64,000 nt of DNA from an uncultured bacterium. GTDB lineage: Bacteria > Patescibacteriota > Minisyncoccia > UBA6257 > 2-01-FULL-56-20. Under the pieces are notes generated by a model. The model was not told the DNA's origin, made no database searches, and saw nothing but the letters and a program-made list of their open reading frames with translations. This document shows, piece by piece, positions 9,467 through 20,187 of the stretch (its first letter is position 1; each line of letters begins with the position of its first letter). The translations under genes and the position numbers were made by a program. The stretch spans positions 559,317-623,316 of the forward strand of contig CAVOJZ010000002.1 in assembly GCA_963696395.1 (NCBI GenBank). Reading direction: 5' to 3'.

Positions 9467-9969
9467 ACTTGTTTGAAACTTTGCAAGAATTTAAAAAGAT
9501 CGGGCCGGACGCTTCGTTTACGGAGAAATCCAAACGGGCTATTTTGGCTACCCGGCAAAATGTGCCGCACATGAGTCCGTTTCGCGGCGTTTTGCAATTT
9601 ATCGAAACCGGCGCCGCCGTTGTTCTTGCCGGATTTTTCATACTTTTAATCACGGGGGCATTTTCAAATTCACCATACATTGCTCCGGTGCAGTTTTCGG
9701 TCATTGATCCCGCCGGACTTCACGCCGAAGCGCAGGCGATCGACGTACAGATCCAGCTTGCTCACGTGAGCTACGTGGAAGGCTCTACTTCGTCCATTCC
9801 AGCCGCGGCGCCGTTTGCGACGCCTTCGCTCCGGACCGCACTTACAACGTCAATGGCCGCGACCTCGACAGCGTCGACATCGGCAACCGCAGTAAGTGCG
9901 TCGGCAAGCACGACGGCGACATCAACCCCGATCACCGTTGACCAGGCGCTCAATCAGCTCGAAAAATAG
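9463..9969 (+). CDS. Single-TM protein, possible anti-sigma factor
   Basis: Overlaps the sigma stop codon; short cytoplasmic N-terminus plus one TM helix. Confidence 0.55.
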   Translation: MNLFETLQEFKKIGPDASFTEKSKRAILATRQNVPHMSPFRGVLQFIETGAAVVLAGFFILLITGAFSNSPYIAPVQFSVIDPAGLHAEAQAIDVQIQLAHVSYVEGSTSSIPAAAPFATPSLRTALTTSMAATSTASTSATAVSASASTTATSTPITVDQALNQLEK

Positions 9970-9973
9970 CAGA

Positions 9974-10750
9974 ATGAAAAAAAATTTTTCTACGTCAGCT
10001 CTCTTTATCGCCGCGTTCGCGGCATTCTTTTCGATAGCATTGCATGTCACGCCGGTTCGTGCGGCAACCGCGGATGATTGTGCGCCATCGGCCACCGACC
10101 TTAAGCAAATCTCCATTATCCAAAATGATCCGACGCTCAGCTATTCCGATGAGTTAAAGACAGAGCTTGCCGCCAGGAAAAAACTCCTGGGAACGACCAT
10201 ATCGTGCGCTATCGGTGAGGCCACAGATTTAAAGACCTCGCTTGATGCGGTCTCGGCCACGAGCGACACCACAAATTTGCAGTCACAGCTCGACGGCAAA
10301 TTAAACGACGCCATAAATTTTTATAACATCGAACTTACAAAACTGGGCGGGGTCGGCATCTCGGGAAGTCAGGCGATCGCGCGGGAAGTCCTTTCCTACC
10401 GAACCGGATCGTATGAACCGCTCGCGGACGAGATTGATAATTTTATGTTATGGACCAATAACCAAAGCCTTTTCACAACCGCACAGGCACGCATGGGCGA
10501 CACAAACCGAGCTGTTTCATTTCTCCTGAGCGCCACGCCGAATAATGATCTCCAGTCGGCATTTGCTGCCGCGCAGTCGTCATTCAATAACGCCGAAAGT
10601 GAAAATCAGGCTGCAAAGTCCGCTCTTATGCAGCTTCTTCCAGCCGGCCAGTCGCTCTCGCTTATTCAGCAATCGCTCTCATCGCTTTCCGACACGTATC
10701 AGCAGTTCTTTACGGTAAGCAATTTGATTAAGACCTTGCTGCCGCAATAG
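9974..10750 (+). CDS. Secreted helical hypothetical protein
   Basis: Signal peptide ending VRA; alpha-helical composition. Confidence 0.7.
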   Translation: MKKNFSTSALFIAAFAAFFSIALHVTPVRAATADDCAPSATDLKQISIIQNDPTLSYSDELKTELAARKKLLGTTISCAIGEATDLKTSLDAVSATSDTTNLQSQLDGKLNDAINFYNIELTKLGGVGISGSQAIAREVLSYRTGSYEPLADEIDNFMLWTNNQSLFTTAQARMGDTNRAVSFLLSATPNNDLQSAFAAAQSSFNNAESENQAAKSALMQLLPAGQSLSLIQQSLSSLSDTYQQFFTVSNLIKTLLPQ

Positions 10751-11357
10751 GCACGAGAGAATGTACGCCGCTTTCTAAGAGCACGCGGGATGCTTCGCGG
10801 AAGGTGGATCCGGTTGTGACGACATCGTCCACCAGAATTATTTTTTCCGGAGGTTTTCGCCGGACGGCAAAAACTCCAATAATGTTTTGTTTTCGCTCCG
10901 CCGCATTCTCGGTTTCGGATTGCGGCTTTTTGTTGTGAACCCGCACTAAAATATCGTCCCGGACATCAGCCCCGAAGATTTTTCCAAATTGTTTTGCGAT
11001 CAAGAGTGATTGGTTGAATCCGCGTTCACGTTCCCGTTTTTTCGAGAGCGGAATGGGGATGATTATTGCGTCGCGGAGTGAAGGAAAAATCCTGGCGTAT
11101 TGCAGAGCGTAATCGGCGATGATGTCACCGAGGGGGATGGCCGCGGGCTGCATGAAGTTGAATTTGAGCTCGCGGATGAGTTTCTGAACGACCGGGTCGC
11201 TATAATTTGATGCCGCATGAAATTCGGCGCCCGTCGTCGCCGGATTCCTTGTGATAGAGTCGAAACACGTCGCACAACACCACGCATCCCTTGTTTTTGC
11301 TTTGCAGGCAAGGCATATATGAGGAAACAAAAAGTCGGCAAAAAATGAGAAATTCAT
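10728..11357 (-). CDS. comF: ComF-family phosphoribosyltransferase-like competence protein
   Basis: FPHICLAC..C..C zinc ribbon, RGFNQS, LVDDVVTTGST. Confidence 0.92.
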   Translation of the reverse strand: MNFSFFADFLFPHICLACKAKTRDAWCCATCFDSITRNPATTGAEFHAASNYSDPVVQKLIRELKFNFMQPAAIPLGDIIADYALQYARIFPSLRDAIIIPIPLSKKRERERGFNQSLLIAKQFGKIFGADVRDDILVRVHNKKPQSETENAAERKQNIIGVFAVRRKPPEKIILVDDVVTTGSTFREASRVLLESGVHSLVPIAAARS

Positions 11358-11389
11358 GCTATTATGATAGGTGAAGCGACATTAAAACG

Positions 11390-12469
11390 ATGTTAAATAT
11401 CTTTAAAAATGCCCTTTCGCCGACGTATCTCACGGTGGATATCGGTACCACGTCCATCAAAGCGGTTGAGATAAACGGCGGCGGCAAATCTCCCAGAATC
11501 GTAAACTACGGACTTCTCGAGTCGAGCGGCTATCTTGCGCGTGCGAACCAGGCGCTTCAGACGAGCAGCCTCAAAATTTTTGAAGAGGATGTCGTCGCAC
11601 TCCTGAAAACGCTTCTCAGGGAAATGGGAATTTCATCGAAGGAGGCATATGCATCGCTCCCGCTTTTTTCGGTCTTCACCGCCGTTCTTGATTTCCCTCC
11701 GATGGATGAAAAAGAAATTGCGCGTGCGATCGTCTATCAGGCAAGACAATATGTTCCGTTGCCGCTCGAAGAGGTTGCTCTCGACTGGTTGAAGGTCGGC
11801 GAATATCAGGATGAAAAAGGATTTTCGCACCAGAAAATTTTGCTGATCTCCGTGCCGCGGGAACAGATCAAGCGGTACCAGAGAATTTTTTCTGCAGCCG
11901 GGCTCACGCTCCGCGCACTGGAAATCGAAAGCTTGAGCATTGTTCGCCTTTTGGCAGGAGATCCGACGCCGACTACAATTATCGATATCGGCAGCCGCTC
12001 GACGAATATTATTTTTATGGAGCAGGGGAATCTCACGTGGAATTCCCAGAGCGACTTCGCCTCTTTTTCGCTTACACAGGCGCTTGCCTCGAGCCTGCAC
12101 ATCAATCCGGTGCGCGCCGAAGACTTAAAGAAGGAGAAAGGCATTGTCGGCACCGGCCCGAGCTATGAGTTATCCACAATAATGCTGCCTTTTTTGGATG
12201 TTATCATTAATGAAGTAAAGAAGGCTCAATTTGTTTATAGTGAACAAGTCGGTTCCGCCAAAAAAGCGGAACGCATTGTGCTTTCCGGAGGCGGCGCAAA
12301 CCTTACGGGGATCGATAAATATTTTGAGCGGGAATTTGGCATCCCAGTCGTAAAGATTGCTCCGTTTTCGAAGTTCGATTATCCGGACAATCTCTCGCCA
12401 TTCATCCCTGAGCTCGGGCCCATCATGGGCGTCGCGCTTGGTCTTGGGATGAAGCAGTTCGCTAAATAA
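11390..12469 (+). CDS. pilM: Type IV pilus assembly protein PilM
   Basis: DIGTTSIK, IDIGSRST, LSGGGANL actin-like motifs. Confidence 0.92.
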   Translation: MLNIFKNALSPTYLTVDIGTTSIKAVEINGGGKSPRIVNYGLLESSGYLARANQALQTSSLKIFEEDVVALLKTLLREMGISSKEAYASLPLFSVFTAVLDFPPMDEKEIARAIVYQARQYVPLPLEEVALDWLKVGEYQDEKGFSHQKILLISVPREQIKRYQRIFSAAGLTLRALEIESLSIVRLLAGDPTPTTIIDIGSRSTNIIFMEQGNLTWNSQSDFASFSLTQALASSLHINPVRAEDLKKEKGIVGTGPSYELSTIMLPFLDVIINEVKKAQFVYSEQVGSAKKAERIVLSGGGANLTGIDKYFEREFGIPVVKIAPFSKFDYPDNLSPFIPELGPIMGVALGLGMKQFAK

Positions 12470-12474
12470 TTGTT

Positions 12475-13038
12475 ATGCCACTTCCGGAAAAAGTCATCGA
12501 ACAACTCGGCAAAGATACAGAAAAAACTCCGGGATGGTCAACGGGGCTCATTTCGTTTTCCGCCGCCATTCTATTTATCACGCTCTTTCTCTGGGCTGGT
12601 TTACAATATGGTTACAAGCCCTACTTCGACGCCCAGACCCAAAAGATTCAAGACCAGATCAACCAGGTGAACCAGTCCATTTCTCCCACGGATCAAACGA
12701 ATCTTATTAATTTTTATTCCCAACTTGCGAATCTACGACAACTGCTCGCCGAGCACACTATGCCGGTAAACATTCTTTCGTGGATCGAAGCGAACACGGA
12801 ACAGAATGTTTATTTTTCATCATTCTCATTTTCAGGTGATGGATCGATGACTCTTTCCGCTAATGCAGAAACCGAAGCGGATGCAAATCAGCAGATAGCG
12901 ATCTTTGAAAATTCACCCGAGGTGAAAAAATTCTCGGTATCGGGTGTCTCTGCGTTGACCGGTAGCGGGTCTTGGCAGTTCACTATCACCATGTCGGTCG
13001 ATCCAACGTTAGTTGCAAGTTCAACATTGCAAAGTTAA
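12475..13038 (+). CDS. pilN: PilN-like protein
   Basis: TM plus coiled coil plus ferredoxin-like domain, following pilM. Confidence 0.7.
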   Translation: MPLPEKVIEQLGKDTEKTPGWSTGLISFSAAILFITLFLWAGLQYGYKPYFDAQTQKIQDQINQVNQSISPTDQTNLINFYSQLANLRQLLAEHTMPVNILSWIEANTEQNVYFSSFSFSGDGSMTLSANAETEADANQQIAIFENSPEVKKFSVSGVSALTGSGSWQFTITMSVDPTLVASSTLQS

Positions 13039-13667
13039 TGAAACAAAACACCAAACGGCTTTATAGCATGATCATCGCGCTTGTCTTTATAGTGGTGGCA
13101 CTCGTTTGTTATTTTGATTTCTTGGTTCCGGCTTACACGGCTTTGCAGGTGGCCGAAGGCAATAAAATCAGCGAACAAAATCTCCTTGCGAACGAAACCC
13201 AGATTGTAAGCCAGTTTCAGGGATTGCTCGCGTCGTACCAAAGCGACGCAAGCGGAGAGCAGGCGGTGAATGCTGCTTTGCCTGTCGGTCCGCATCTTGC
13301 GGATGCAATCGCGCAACTGTACGGCATTGCGAACGCAAATAATATGACCATTGTGAGCATGTCCATCGGTTCGCAGCTCACTCCGCCGCCTGCAGCAGCA
13401 AATGGCGTGAGCGGAGCTGCGGCGAGCGGGCAAATTATCAACCCAATCGGAACCGTCACGTTCGACCTCGGCATTCTTGGCAGCTATGAGAATTTTAAAA
13501 ATTTTCTCGCCGAGCTCGCAACCAATATGCGGCTCTTTGATGTAAAGAAATTTTCATTCCAGGCAAGCGGTGCGACGAACTCAAAAACAACTTCAGCGGA
13601 CTTTTTTGACTTTGATGTTTCAGCCCAAACGTATTATCAGTCGCAGTCGCAAGCACAATCACAATAA
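13038..13667 (+). CDS. pilO: PilO-like protein
   Basis: GSYENFKNFLAELATNMRLFDV motif; TAATG coupling to pilN. Confidence 0.8.
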   Translation: MKQNTKRLYSMIIALVFIVVALVCYFDFLVPAYTALQVAEGNKISEQNLLANETQIVSQFQGLLASYQSDASGEQAVNAALPVGPHLADAIAQLYGIANANNMTIVSMSIGSQLTPPPAAANGVSGAAASGQIINPIGTVTFDLGILGSYENFKNFLAELATNMRLFDVKKFSFQASGATNSKTTSADFFDFDVSAQTYYQSQSQAQSQ

Positions 13668-13669
13668 TC

Positions 13670-13972
13670 ATGGCTATTATTATTGAAGAAGAAAGAAAGA
13701 AGTCGAACCTCACCGGTCTCATCGGCTGGCTGATCATTTTCGTTATAATCATTGTCGCCATCTACTATGTTTTCTTTGCGGCACCTCAACTTGTCATCAT
13801 CACACCGACCGATACGATAAGTACGATAGCTCCGATCGCACAGGCTTCGCTCAATGCAAACCAAATCCTTCAAAGTCCCGCTTTTAAAGCGCTCAATCCG
13901 GCTTCGGTCATTACCGTTTCGACATCTACCGGCTTATCGGGGGGGAGACCGAATCCGTTTATCGCACCATAA
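13670..13972 (+). CDS. Small TM protein in the PilP position
   Basis: One TM; C-terminal GRPNPF resembles the PilP R-x-P-F motif. Confidence 0.6.
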   Translation: MAIIIEEERKKSNLTGLIGWLIIFVIIIVAIYYVFFAAPQLVIITPTDTISTIAPIAQASLNANQILQSPAFKALNPASVITVSTSTGLSGGRPNPFIAP

Positions 13973-14002
13973 GGCATCGTCATTCTGTGGTAAAATAGGT
14001 TC

Positions 14003-15721
14003 ATGACCGGTGAAGAGCTTTTGCAGCAAGCGCAAGCCCGTAATTTATTTCCGGCAGCGGTCGCCAACCGGGTGCGTCGCGACGCGCTTATTAGCGGTGA
14101 ATCCATCGAATCGATCATCTGGCGCGAGCGGATTGTTCCCGACGAGTCGATAGCCCAACTGAAGAGCGAAATCTTGAAGGTGCCCTATAAAAAATTTGAC
14201 GCCGCTGAGGTTGATGTGAAGCTTTTTCAGATGCTTCCGGAGGATACCGCGCGCACCTACGAAGCAGTTCCCATTTCCCTCGCCGATAACCTCTTTATTG
14301 TCGGAATGCTTCATCCGGATGATCCGAAGGCTCAGGATGCGCTCAAGTTTATCGCCCGCAAGAATCGCCAGAACCTTGGGATTTATCTTATTTCCTACGG
14401 AGATTTCGAAGGCGTCATGCGGCGCTATTCTCCGTATCGCACCGAAATTTCAAAAGCAATCCAATCACTGAACGTAAAAGAGGGAAGTTCGCAAAAAATG
14501 ACGGAGATCGAAAGCGGCGCGGGCGCCGAAGATGCGCCGATCATAAAAATTGTTGCGGACACGTTTCGCGAGGCAGTATCGAGCAAAGCATCGGACATTC
14601 ACATCGAACCCCAGGAACATGGTCTGCGCATCAGGTTCCGCATCGATGGTGACCTTCAGCAGGCTGCAATGATGCCCGCCGAGCTCGCCCAGCCGATCAC
14701 GTCGCGCGTTAAAGTCATTTCAAACTTGAAAATTGACGAAACGCGCGTTCCGCAAGATGGACGTTTCCGTTCAAAAATTTTCGATCGTGAGATTGACTTC
14801 CGCGTCGCAACATTCCCGACTCCGCTCGGCGAAAAAGTTGCAATCCGCGTGCTCGATCCGCAGACCGGTCTTAAAAGTTTTGACGACCTTGATCTTCTTG
14901 ATGCAACACGCGCTACGATCAAAGCCGGCCTTGAACGGCCTTTCGGCATGATTTTGGTGACCGGGCCGACCGGATCCGGAAAAACGACAACGCTCTATTC
15001 GTTTCTGCGGATGTTGAACAATGACAGCGTGAACATCGTCTCGCTTGAAGATCCGGTTGAATATTTCGTTTCCGGCGTGAACCAATCGCAGGTGCATCCG
15101 GAAATCGGCTATGATTTTTCGTCAGGCTTACGCCAGATTCTCCGCCAGGACCCGGACGTCATTATGGTCGGCGAAATCCGCGACGGTGAAACGGCGGGCC
15201 TCGCCGTGCAGGCGGCACTCACGGGACACATAGTCCTTTCTACGCTCCACACCAACAATAGCGCCGGCGTCATTCCCCGTCTTATTGATATGAAAGTAGA
15301 GGCATTTCTGATTCCGGTATCCGTGAATCTCATGATGGCACAGCGCCTCGTTGGGGTTTTATGCCCGGATTGCAAAGCGCCGGAGATTGCTCCGCTTCAG
15401 GTACAAAAGATCATTAAAGACGCCTTAAGCGGCATGCCCGTCGAGATTGTCTCAAAATATCCGGAACCGTATCAGATCTATCATGCGGAGGGCTGCGCGA
15501 CGTGTAAAGGGAAAGGGATTGTCGGCCGCACCGGCATTTATGAAGTGCTCCGCATGACTCCGGGGCTCGAACAAATCATTGTTGAGGGCTCTACCACGCA
15601 AAAGATTATGAAGGAGGCGAAACAGCAGGGGATGGTAACGTTGCGTCAGGATGGAATTGTAAAAGCGCTCCGAGGAGTTGTCTCGATTGAAGAGATTATC
15701 CGGGAAACAGAAGAATACTAG
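14003..15721 (+). CDS. pilB: Type IV pilus extension ATPase PilB/GspE
   Basis: ASDIHIEP, GPTGSGKTTT, LRQDPDVIMVGEIRD, zinc Cys motifs. Confidence 0.95.
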   Translation: MTGEELLQQAQARNLFPAAVANRVRRDALISGESIESIIWRERIVPDESIAQLKSEILKVPYKKFDAAEVDVKLFQMLPEDTARTYEAVPISLADNLFIVGMLHPDDPKAQDALKFIARKNRQNLGIYLISYGDFEGVMRRYSPYRTEISKAIQSLNVKEGSSQKMTEIESGAGAEDAPIIKIVADTFREAVSSKASDIHIEPQEHGLRIRFRIDGDLQQAAMMPAELAQPITSRVKVISNLKIDETRVPQDGRFRSKIFDREIDFRVATFPTPLGEKVAIRVLDPQTGLKSFDDLDLLDATRATIKAGLERPFGMILVTGPTGSGKTTTLYSFLRMLNNDSVNIVSLEDPVEYFVSGVNQSQVHPEIGYDFSSGLRQILRQDPDVIMVGEIRDGETAGLAVQAALTGHIVLSTLHTNNSAGVIPRLIDMKVEAFLIPVSVNLMMAQRLVGVLCPDCKAPEIAPLQVQKIIKDALSGMPVEIVSKYPEPYQIYHAEGCATCKGKGIVGRTGIYEVLRMTPGLEQIIVEGSTTQKIMKEAKQQGMVTLRQDGIVKALRGVVSIEEIIRETEEY

Positions 15722-15780
15722 CCCCGATCGGGCGACGGAGCACTTCTTTTGGGTGTGTTACAATAAAAACAATAACCACC

Positions 15781-16854
15781 ATGGAAGACTATAAACAAAA
15801 GCTGAACGACTTGCTTACGATGTGCGCAAAACAAAATGCTTCCGACCTGCATATTGCAGTCGGACGCAGACCGACGTTGCGCATTGACGGTGTTCTCGTG
15901 CCCCTTCAGAAGGAGCCGATTATGACGCCGGAGACCGCAGAAGGGATTATTGGAGAGCTCATAACGCCAGAGCAGAAGGCAAAATTACTCACCCAGCGCC
16001 AGGTTGACCTTGCCTATAGCTTTGAAGACAAGGCGCGTTTCCGCGTGAACGTGTATTTTCAGCGCGGCTATCTTGCGGCGGCACTTCGCCTTGTTGCGAA
16101 TCGGATTAAAACAATCGAGGAATTAAATCTCCCGCCGCTCCTCCATGATTTTGCAAAACTTTCCCAGGGCTTCATTCTTGTTGTGGGTCCCGCGGGTCAT
16201 GGCAAGTCATCAACGCTCGCCGCGCTCATTGACGAAATCAATCATTCGCGATCGGACCATATTATCACCATCGAAGATCCGGTTGAATATCTTTTTACAC
16301 AAGACCGTTGCATCGTCTCCCAACGTGAAGTCGGCAGTGACGCAACCAGTTTCCATGCGGCGCTTCGCACCGTGCTTCGCCAGGATCCGGATGTGATCAT
16401 GATCGGGGAAATGCGTGACGCAGTTTCAATCGGCACGGCGATGACCGCCGCGGAAACCGGCCACTTGGTACTCTCCACGCTCCACACAAATTCTGCGGCG
16501 CAAACCATAGACCGCATTATTGATTCTTTCCCGGCCGAACAGCAGGGCCAGGTGACTTCGCAGCTTGCCGCCACGCTTGTGGCAATCGTTTCGGAACGTC
16601 TTCTCCCGCGCATTTCAGGCGGAAGAATTCCGAGCATGGAGATTATGATTGTGAATCCGGCCATCCGAAACCTCATCCGCGAACGCAAAACTTATCAGAT
16701 CGATCTCGTGATCGAAACAAGCCTGCAGGAGGGCATGGTCACTTTGAACCGCTCGCTCGTGAATCTTGTTAAAAACAAAGAGATCACGCTCGACAACGCG
16801 GAACTTTACTCGTTGAATCCTGCGGAACTCCGCATTTTGCTTGAGCGGACATAG
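15781..16854 (+). CDS. pilT: Type IV pilus retraction ATPase
   Basis: ASDLH, GPAGHGKSST, AAETGHLVLSTLHT, AIRNLIRE. Confidence 0.95.
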   Translation: MEDYKQKLNDLLTMCAKQNASDLHIAVGRRPTLRIDGVLVPLQKEPIMTPETAEGIIGELITPEQKAKLLTQRQVDLAYSFEDKARFRVNVYFQRGYLAAALRLVANRIKTIEELNLPPLLHDFAKLSQGFILVVGPAGHGKSSTLAALIDEINHSRSDHIITIEDPVEYLFTQDRCIVSQREVGSDATSFHAALRTVLRQDPDVIMIGEMRDAVSIGTAMTAAETGHLVLSTLHTNSAAQTIDRIIDSFPAEQQGQVTSQLAATLVAIVSERLLPRISGGRIPSMEIMIVNPAIRNLIRERKTYQIDLVIETSLQEGMVTLNRSLVNLVKNKEITLDNAELYSLNPAELRILLERT

Positions 16855-16859
16855 ACTTT

Positions 16860-18071
16860 ATGAAGTTTAAATATCAGGCCAAAAACAAAGAAGGGGAATT
16901 ACAGGTTGGCTATGTTGAGGCAAGTGACCGCGACAATGCGGCAACCATCCTTGCCGGCCACGACCTCTTCATTTTGAGTCTGGAAGCCGGCGAAACGCCG
17001 AGTATTTTCGATTCTCTTGCGGATTATTTTGCAAAGCCGGGCCGGAAAGATGTTGTGGTTTTTGCGCGCCAGCTTGCCACCCTTCTTGAGGCGCGCTTAC
17101 CGCTCAATAGCGCGCTCAAAATTTTGCAGCAGCAGACAACGAACGCAAAACTCAAGAATTCCGTGCGGGAGGTGACGGAAGATATTGATGCCGGACTTTC
17201 GTTTTCGCAGGCGATGGAACGGCAGGGGAAAATTTTTCCAAGCTACTACGTTGAAATGATCCGGGCTTCCGAGGTGACAGGAAATTTGAACGAAGTCGCC
17301 GGATTTCTTGCGGACTACACCGAAAAAGAAGGAGATCTAGCATCGAAAGCAACGTCCGCGCTCATCTATCCTGCCATCGTCATCGCGGTCTTTCTGGTCG
17401 TCGCTTTTATCTTGCTCACGTTTGTTTTCCCGCAACTTGGCGCAGTCTTCGCCCAAAATCACGTTGCGCTTCCCTGGTATACCCAAGCTTTGCTGAATAT
17501 CGGTAACTTTACGCAGAAGTGGTGGCCGGCAATTATCATTGCTGTTGTCGTGCTAGGCCTTCTTGCTATTGATTATGCCGGAACCGACGAGGGAGAAGCT
17601 GTCTTGGATGATCTGAAGATCCGGTTGCCGATCGTAAAAAAAGTATATCTACCAGTCATTGTAGCTCGATTTGGCAATGCAGCGTCGCTCCTTGTGCACG
17701 GAGGCATCCCGATCGCGCAAGCGCTTGAGGTTATCAGTCACATGGTTGGCAACTCGCTTTATCGTGCCGCAATTCATGACATCGCGGAGAAGGTGCGGCA
17801 GGGAGAATTGCTTTCAGCCGGCATCGCGGCGTATCCGGAATTTTTCCCCGAACTTGTCTCGCAGATGGTTTCCGTCGGAGAAACGACCGGCAAACTGGAA
17901 GAGATGTTTTCCCGGCTATCGGGAATTTATACCCGTGAAGCAGATGAAATGACCGGCAATCTCGTGGAGCTCATTCAGCCGATTCTTATCATGGGTATGG
18001 GTATTATGGTGGGCCTTCTTTTTGCGTCTGTCTTGATTCCGATATATCGGTTAACGGCAAGTTTTAGCTGA
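16860..18071 (+). CDS. pilC: Type IV pilus platform protein PilC/GspF
   Basis: Two T2SSF repeats, ALIYP, GETTGKL. Confidence 0.94.
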   Translation: MKFKYQAKNKEGELQVGYVEASDRDNAATILAGHDLFILSLEAGETPSIFDSLADYFAKPGRKDVVVFARQLATLLEARLPLNSALKILQQQTTNAKLKNSVREVTEDIDAGLSFSQAMERQGKIFPSYYVEMIRASEVTGNLNEVAGFLADYTEKEGDLASKATSALIYPAIVIAVFLVVAFILLTFVFPQLGAVFAQNHVALPWYTQALLNIGNFTQKWWPAIIIAVVVLGLLAIDYAGTDEGEAVLDDLKIRLPIVKKVYLPVIVARFGNAASLLVHGGIPIAQALEVISHMVGNSLYRAAIHDIAEKVRQGELLSAGIAAYPEFFPELVSQMVSVGETTGKLEEMFSRLSGIYTREADEMTGNLVELIQPILIMGMGIMVGLLFASVLIPIYRLTASFS

Positions 18072-18163
18072 TTCCACGGACTTTCCACATCCCATCAATC
18101 CCGCATTTGGTACACTGAATAGTAGAAAAAGGTCGAGCAAGATTCATCATTAAATCTAAATAA

Positions 18164-18640
18164 ATGAATATGAATTCAAGAAAAGGCTTTACCCTTATCG
18201 AAATTCTGATCGTTGTTGCGATCATCGCCATTTTGGCATCTGTTGTTTTAGTTGGTCTTGGCCCGACACAATCAGCGGGTCGGGACGCTCGTCGAGTTGC
18301 GGACTTGCATGAATCGCAAAATGGTCTGGAGCTCTATTACAACCAGAATGGCAAGTATCCTGATGCCAAGAGTCAGTCGTGGGTGAATATTGGTACAACA
18401 CTCGAAGCAGCCAATATAGGCATCAATTCGTGGCCCAACGATCCATCAAGTGGCAAGAACTACTTCTATGGTACGACGGCGACTGATAATGGATATATCG
18501 TAGGAGCTAATATGGAAAATAGTACCGGCGGCGAATGGAACAACTATGTTGCTCCAAGCAATTTTGGTACTATCGCAAACTGGACGGTTACTCCATCGGC
18601 TTGTACTCTAGCGAAGTTAGAATATTGTCAGACGCTTTAA
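18164..18640 (+). CDS. pilA: Major type IV pilin
   Basis: KGFTLIEILIVVAIIAILA; RDARRVAD; followed by a terminator. Confidence 0.88.
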   Translation: MNMNSRKGFTLIEILIVVAIIAILASVVLVGLGPTQSAGRDARRVADLHESQNGLELYYNQNGKYPDAKSQSWVNIGTTLEAANIGINSWPNDPSSGKNYFYGTTATDNGYIVGANMENSTGGEWNNYVAPSNFGTIANWTVTPSACTLAKLEYCQTL

Positions 18641-18664
18641 CTTTTCTATCTCGAGAGTATACTC

Positions 18665-18694
18665 AAGCCCCGCCCTGCGGGGCTTTGGGTTTTT
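18665..18694 (+). terminator. Intrinsic terminator after the pilin gene
   Basis: AAGCCCCGC-CCT-GCGGGGCTT hairpin plus T-rich tail. Confidence 0.7.
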
Positions 18695-18720
18695 AGCGAG
18701 GCATAAGGTAAAATCAATGC

Positions 18721-19572
18721 ATGCTTTATGCGCTCCTCTTTATCTTTGGATTGCTCATCGGGAGTTTTATTAATGTTATCGCTTTGCGATATGACGGCGA
18801 CCATATGGTTGCGGATCCGAAAGTGATCGGCGGCCGATCGCACTGCCCGCACTGTATGAAAACATTGCAATGGTACGAGCTGATCCCCGTTGTGAGTTTT
18901 ATTATCCAGGGCCGTCGGTGCCGGAATTGTAAAGCAACAATCGGGTGGCAGTATCCCGTCGTCGAAGTTATTTCAGGATGTATTTTTGCCTTCGTGCCGA
19001 TGCACGTCCTCACGCTCACGGGGCCGGGGCAGGCATTCACGATCTTTTCAATCTTTTGGACCATTGTTTTCGAAGTGCTTTTACTCGTTGCCTACATTGA
19101 TATCCGCCTCGGCATTATCCCGGACGAGCTCAATGTCGTGCTCGGCGTTCTCGGAATCTTTTTGGCAATTTTCCTGGCCGGATATTACGGCCTTGGGAAT
19201 CATTCCTTATTTGGTCCTTTCGGGGGCTGGTTCGGCCTTCAGGGGAATATTTGGACGAATCATATTTTTGCGGCTTTCATCGGGGCGGCTTTCTTCGGTC
19301 TGCTCATTCTTATCACGCGCGGGAAGGGGATGGGAATGGGCGATGTGAAGCTTGCGATTCCGCTCGGTATCGTTTTCGGGTGGCCGGACATTCTATTCAT
19401 TATCGTTTCAGCATTTATTCTCGGCGCTCTCGCCGGCGTCATCTTCATCATTCGCGGAGAGAAAACCATGAAAGGCTCCTTGCCATTCGCGCCGTTCCTT
19501 GTGGCCGGAGCCGTGATTGTTTTCTTTGGTGCAGTACAAATTACTCGAGCGTATCTCGGTCTTTTAATGTGA
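18721..19572 (+). CDS. pilD: Prepilin peptidase
   Basis: GSFINV, RSHCPHC, CRNC, GMGDVKL, PFAPFL. Confidence 0.95.
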   Translation: MLYALLFIFGLLIGSFINVIALRYDGDHMVADPKVIGGRSHCPHCMKTLQWYELIPVVSFIIQGRRCRNCKATIGWQYPVVEVISGCIFAFVPMHVLTLTGPGQAFTIFSIFWTIVFEVLLLVAYIDIRLGIIPDELNVVLGVLGIFLAIFLAGYYGLGNHSLFGPFGGWFGLQGNIWTNHIFAAFIGAAFFGLLILITRGKGMGMGDVKLAIPLGIVFGWPDILFIIVSAFILGALAGVIFIIRGEKTMKGSLPFAPFLVAGAVIVFFGAVQITRAYLGLLM

Positions 19573-19584
19573 TAGAATAAGAGC

Positions 19585-20178
19585 GTGAGAAAAGGATTTA
19601 CCCTTGTGGAAATATTGGTTGTGATAGCAATTTCAGTTGTTCTCGCTACCGTCGCCATAGTTTATGGTGAGCAGGGCAACAACCAAATATCGCTTTCCGT
19701 TGAGGCGGCGAAAGTGAGCCAGCTTACGCTTCAGGCAAAGCAGCTCGCCATAGCAACGTATAATTCAAATCCCAGCACTCCTGCCTGCGGTTACGGAATG
19801 TATTTCAACATGCCGAGCTCAACGTACTCGCTTTTCATTTATAGCCCGACAAATTTGATTAAGAATGGTTTTTGTCCTTCGCTTGCCACCGCAGTGTCGT
19901 CAACGTTCGATCCGGTAAATGACATGAGCCAATATTCCCAGCAATCATGGCAGGTGCCGCTTGCGCAGGGGGTTATGATGGTGAGTTCGACAGACCCAAA
20001 TGGCAACATCAGCGCCATCGCGGTGATATTTTTTCCACCCAACCCGCAAACGCTTATTACGAATATTAATGACAACGGCGTATATAGTGATAAAACGGCG
20101 TACGTAGATCTTTCAACCACTGACGGCAGCGCGTCGAGAACCATCATGATCACCCCTGGCGGACAAGTGTCATTTTAA
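19585..20178 (+). CDS. Minor pilin (FimT/GspH-like)
   Basis: KGFTLVEILVV N-methylation motif. Confidence 0.85.
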   Translation: MRKGFTLVEILVVIAISVVLATVAIVYGEQGNNQISLSVEAAKVSQLTLQAKQLAIATYNSNPSTPACGYGMYFNMPSSTYSLFIYSPTNLIKNGFCPSLATAVSSTFDPVNDMSQYSQQSWQVPLAQGVMMVSSTDPNGNISAIAVIFFPPNPQTLITNINDNGVYSDKTAYVDLSTTDGSASRTIMITPGGQVSF

Positions 20179-20187
20179 CGTGCGAAT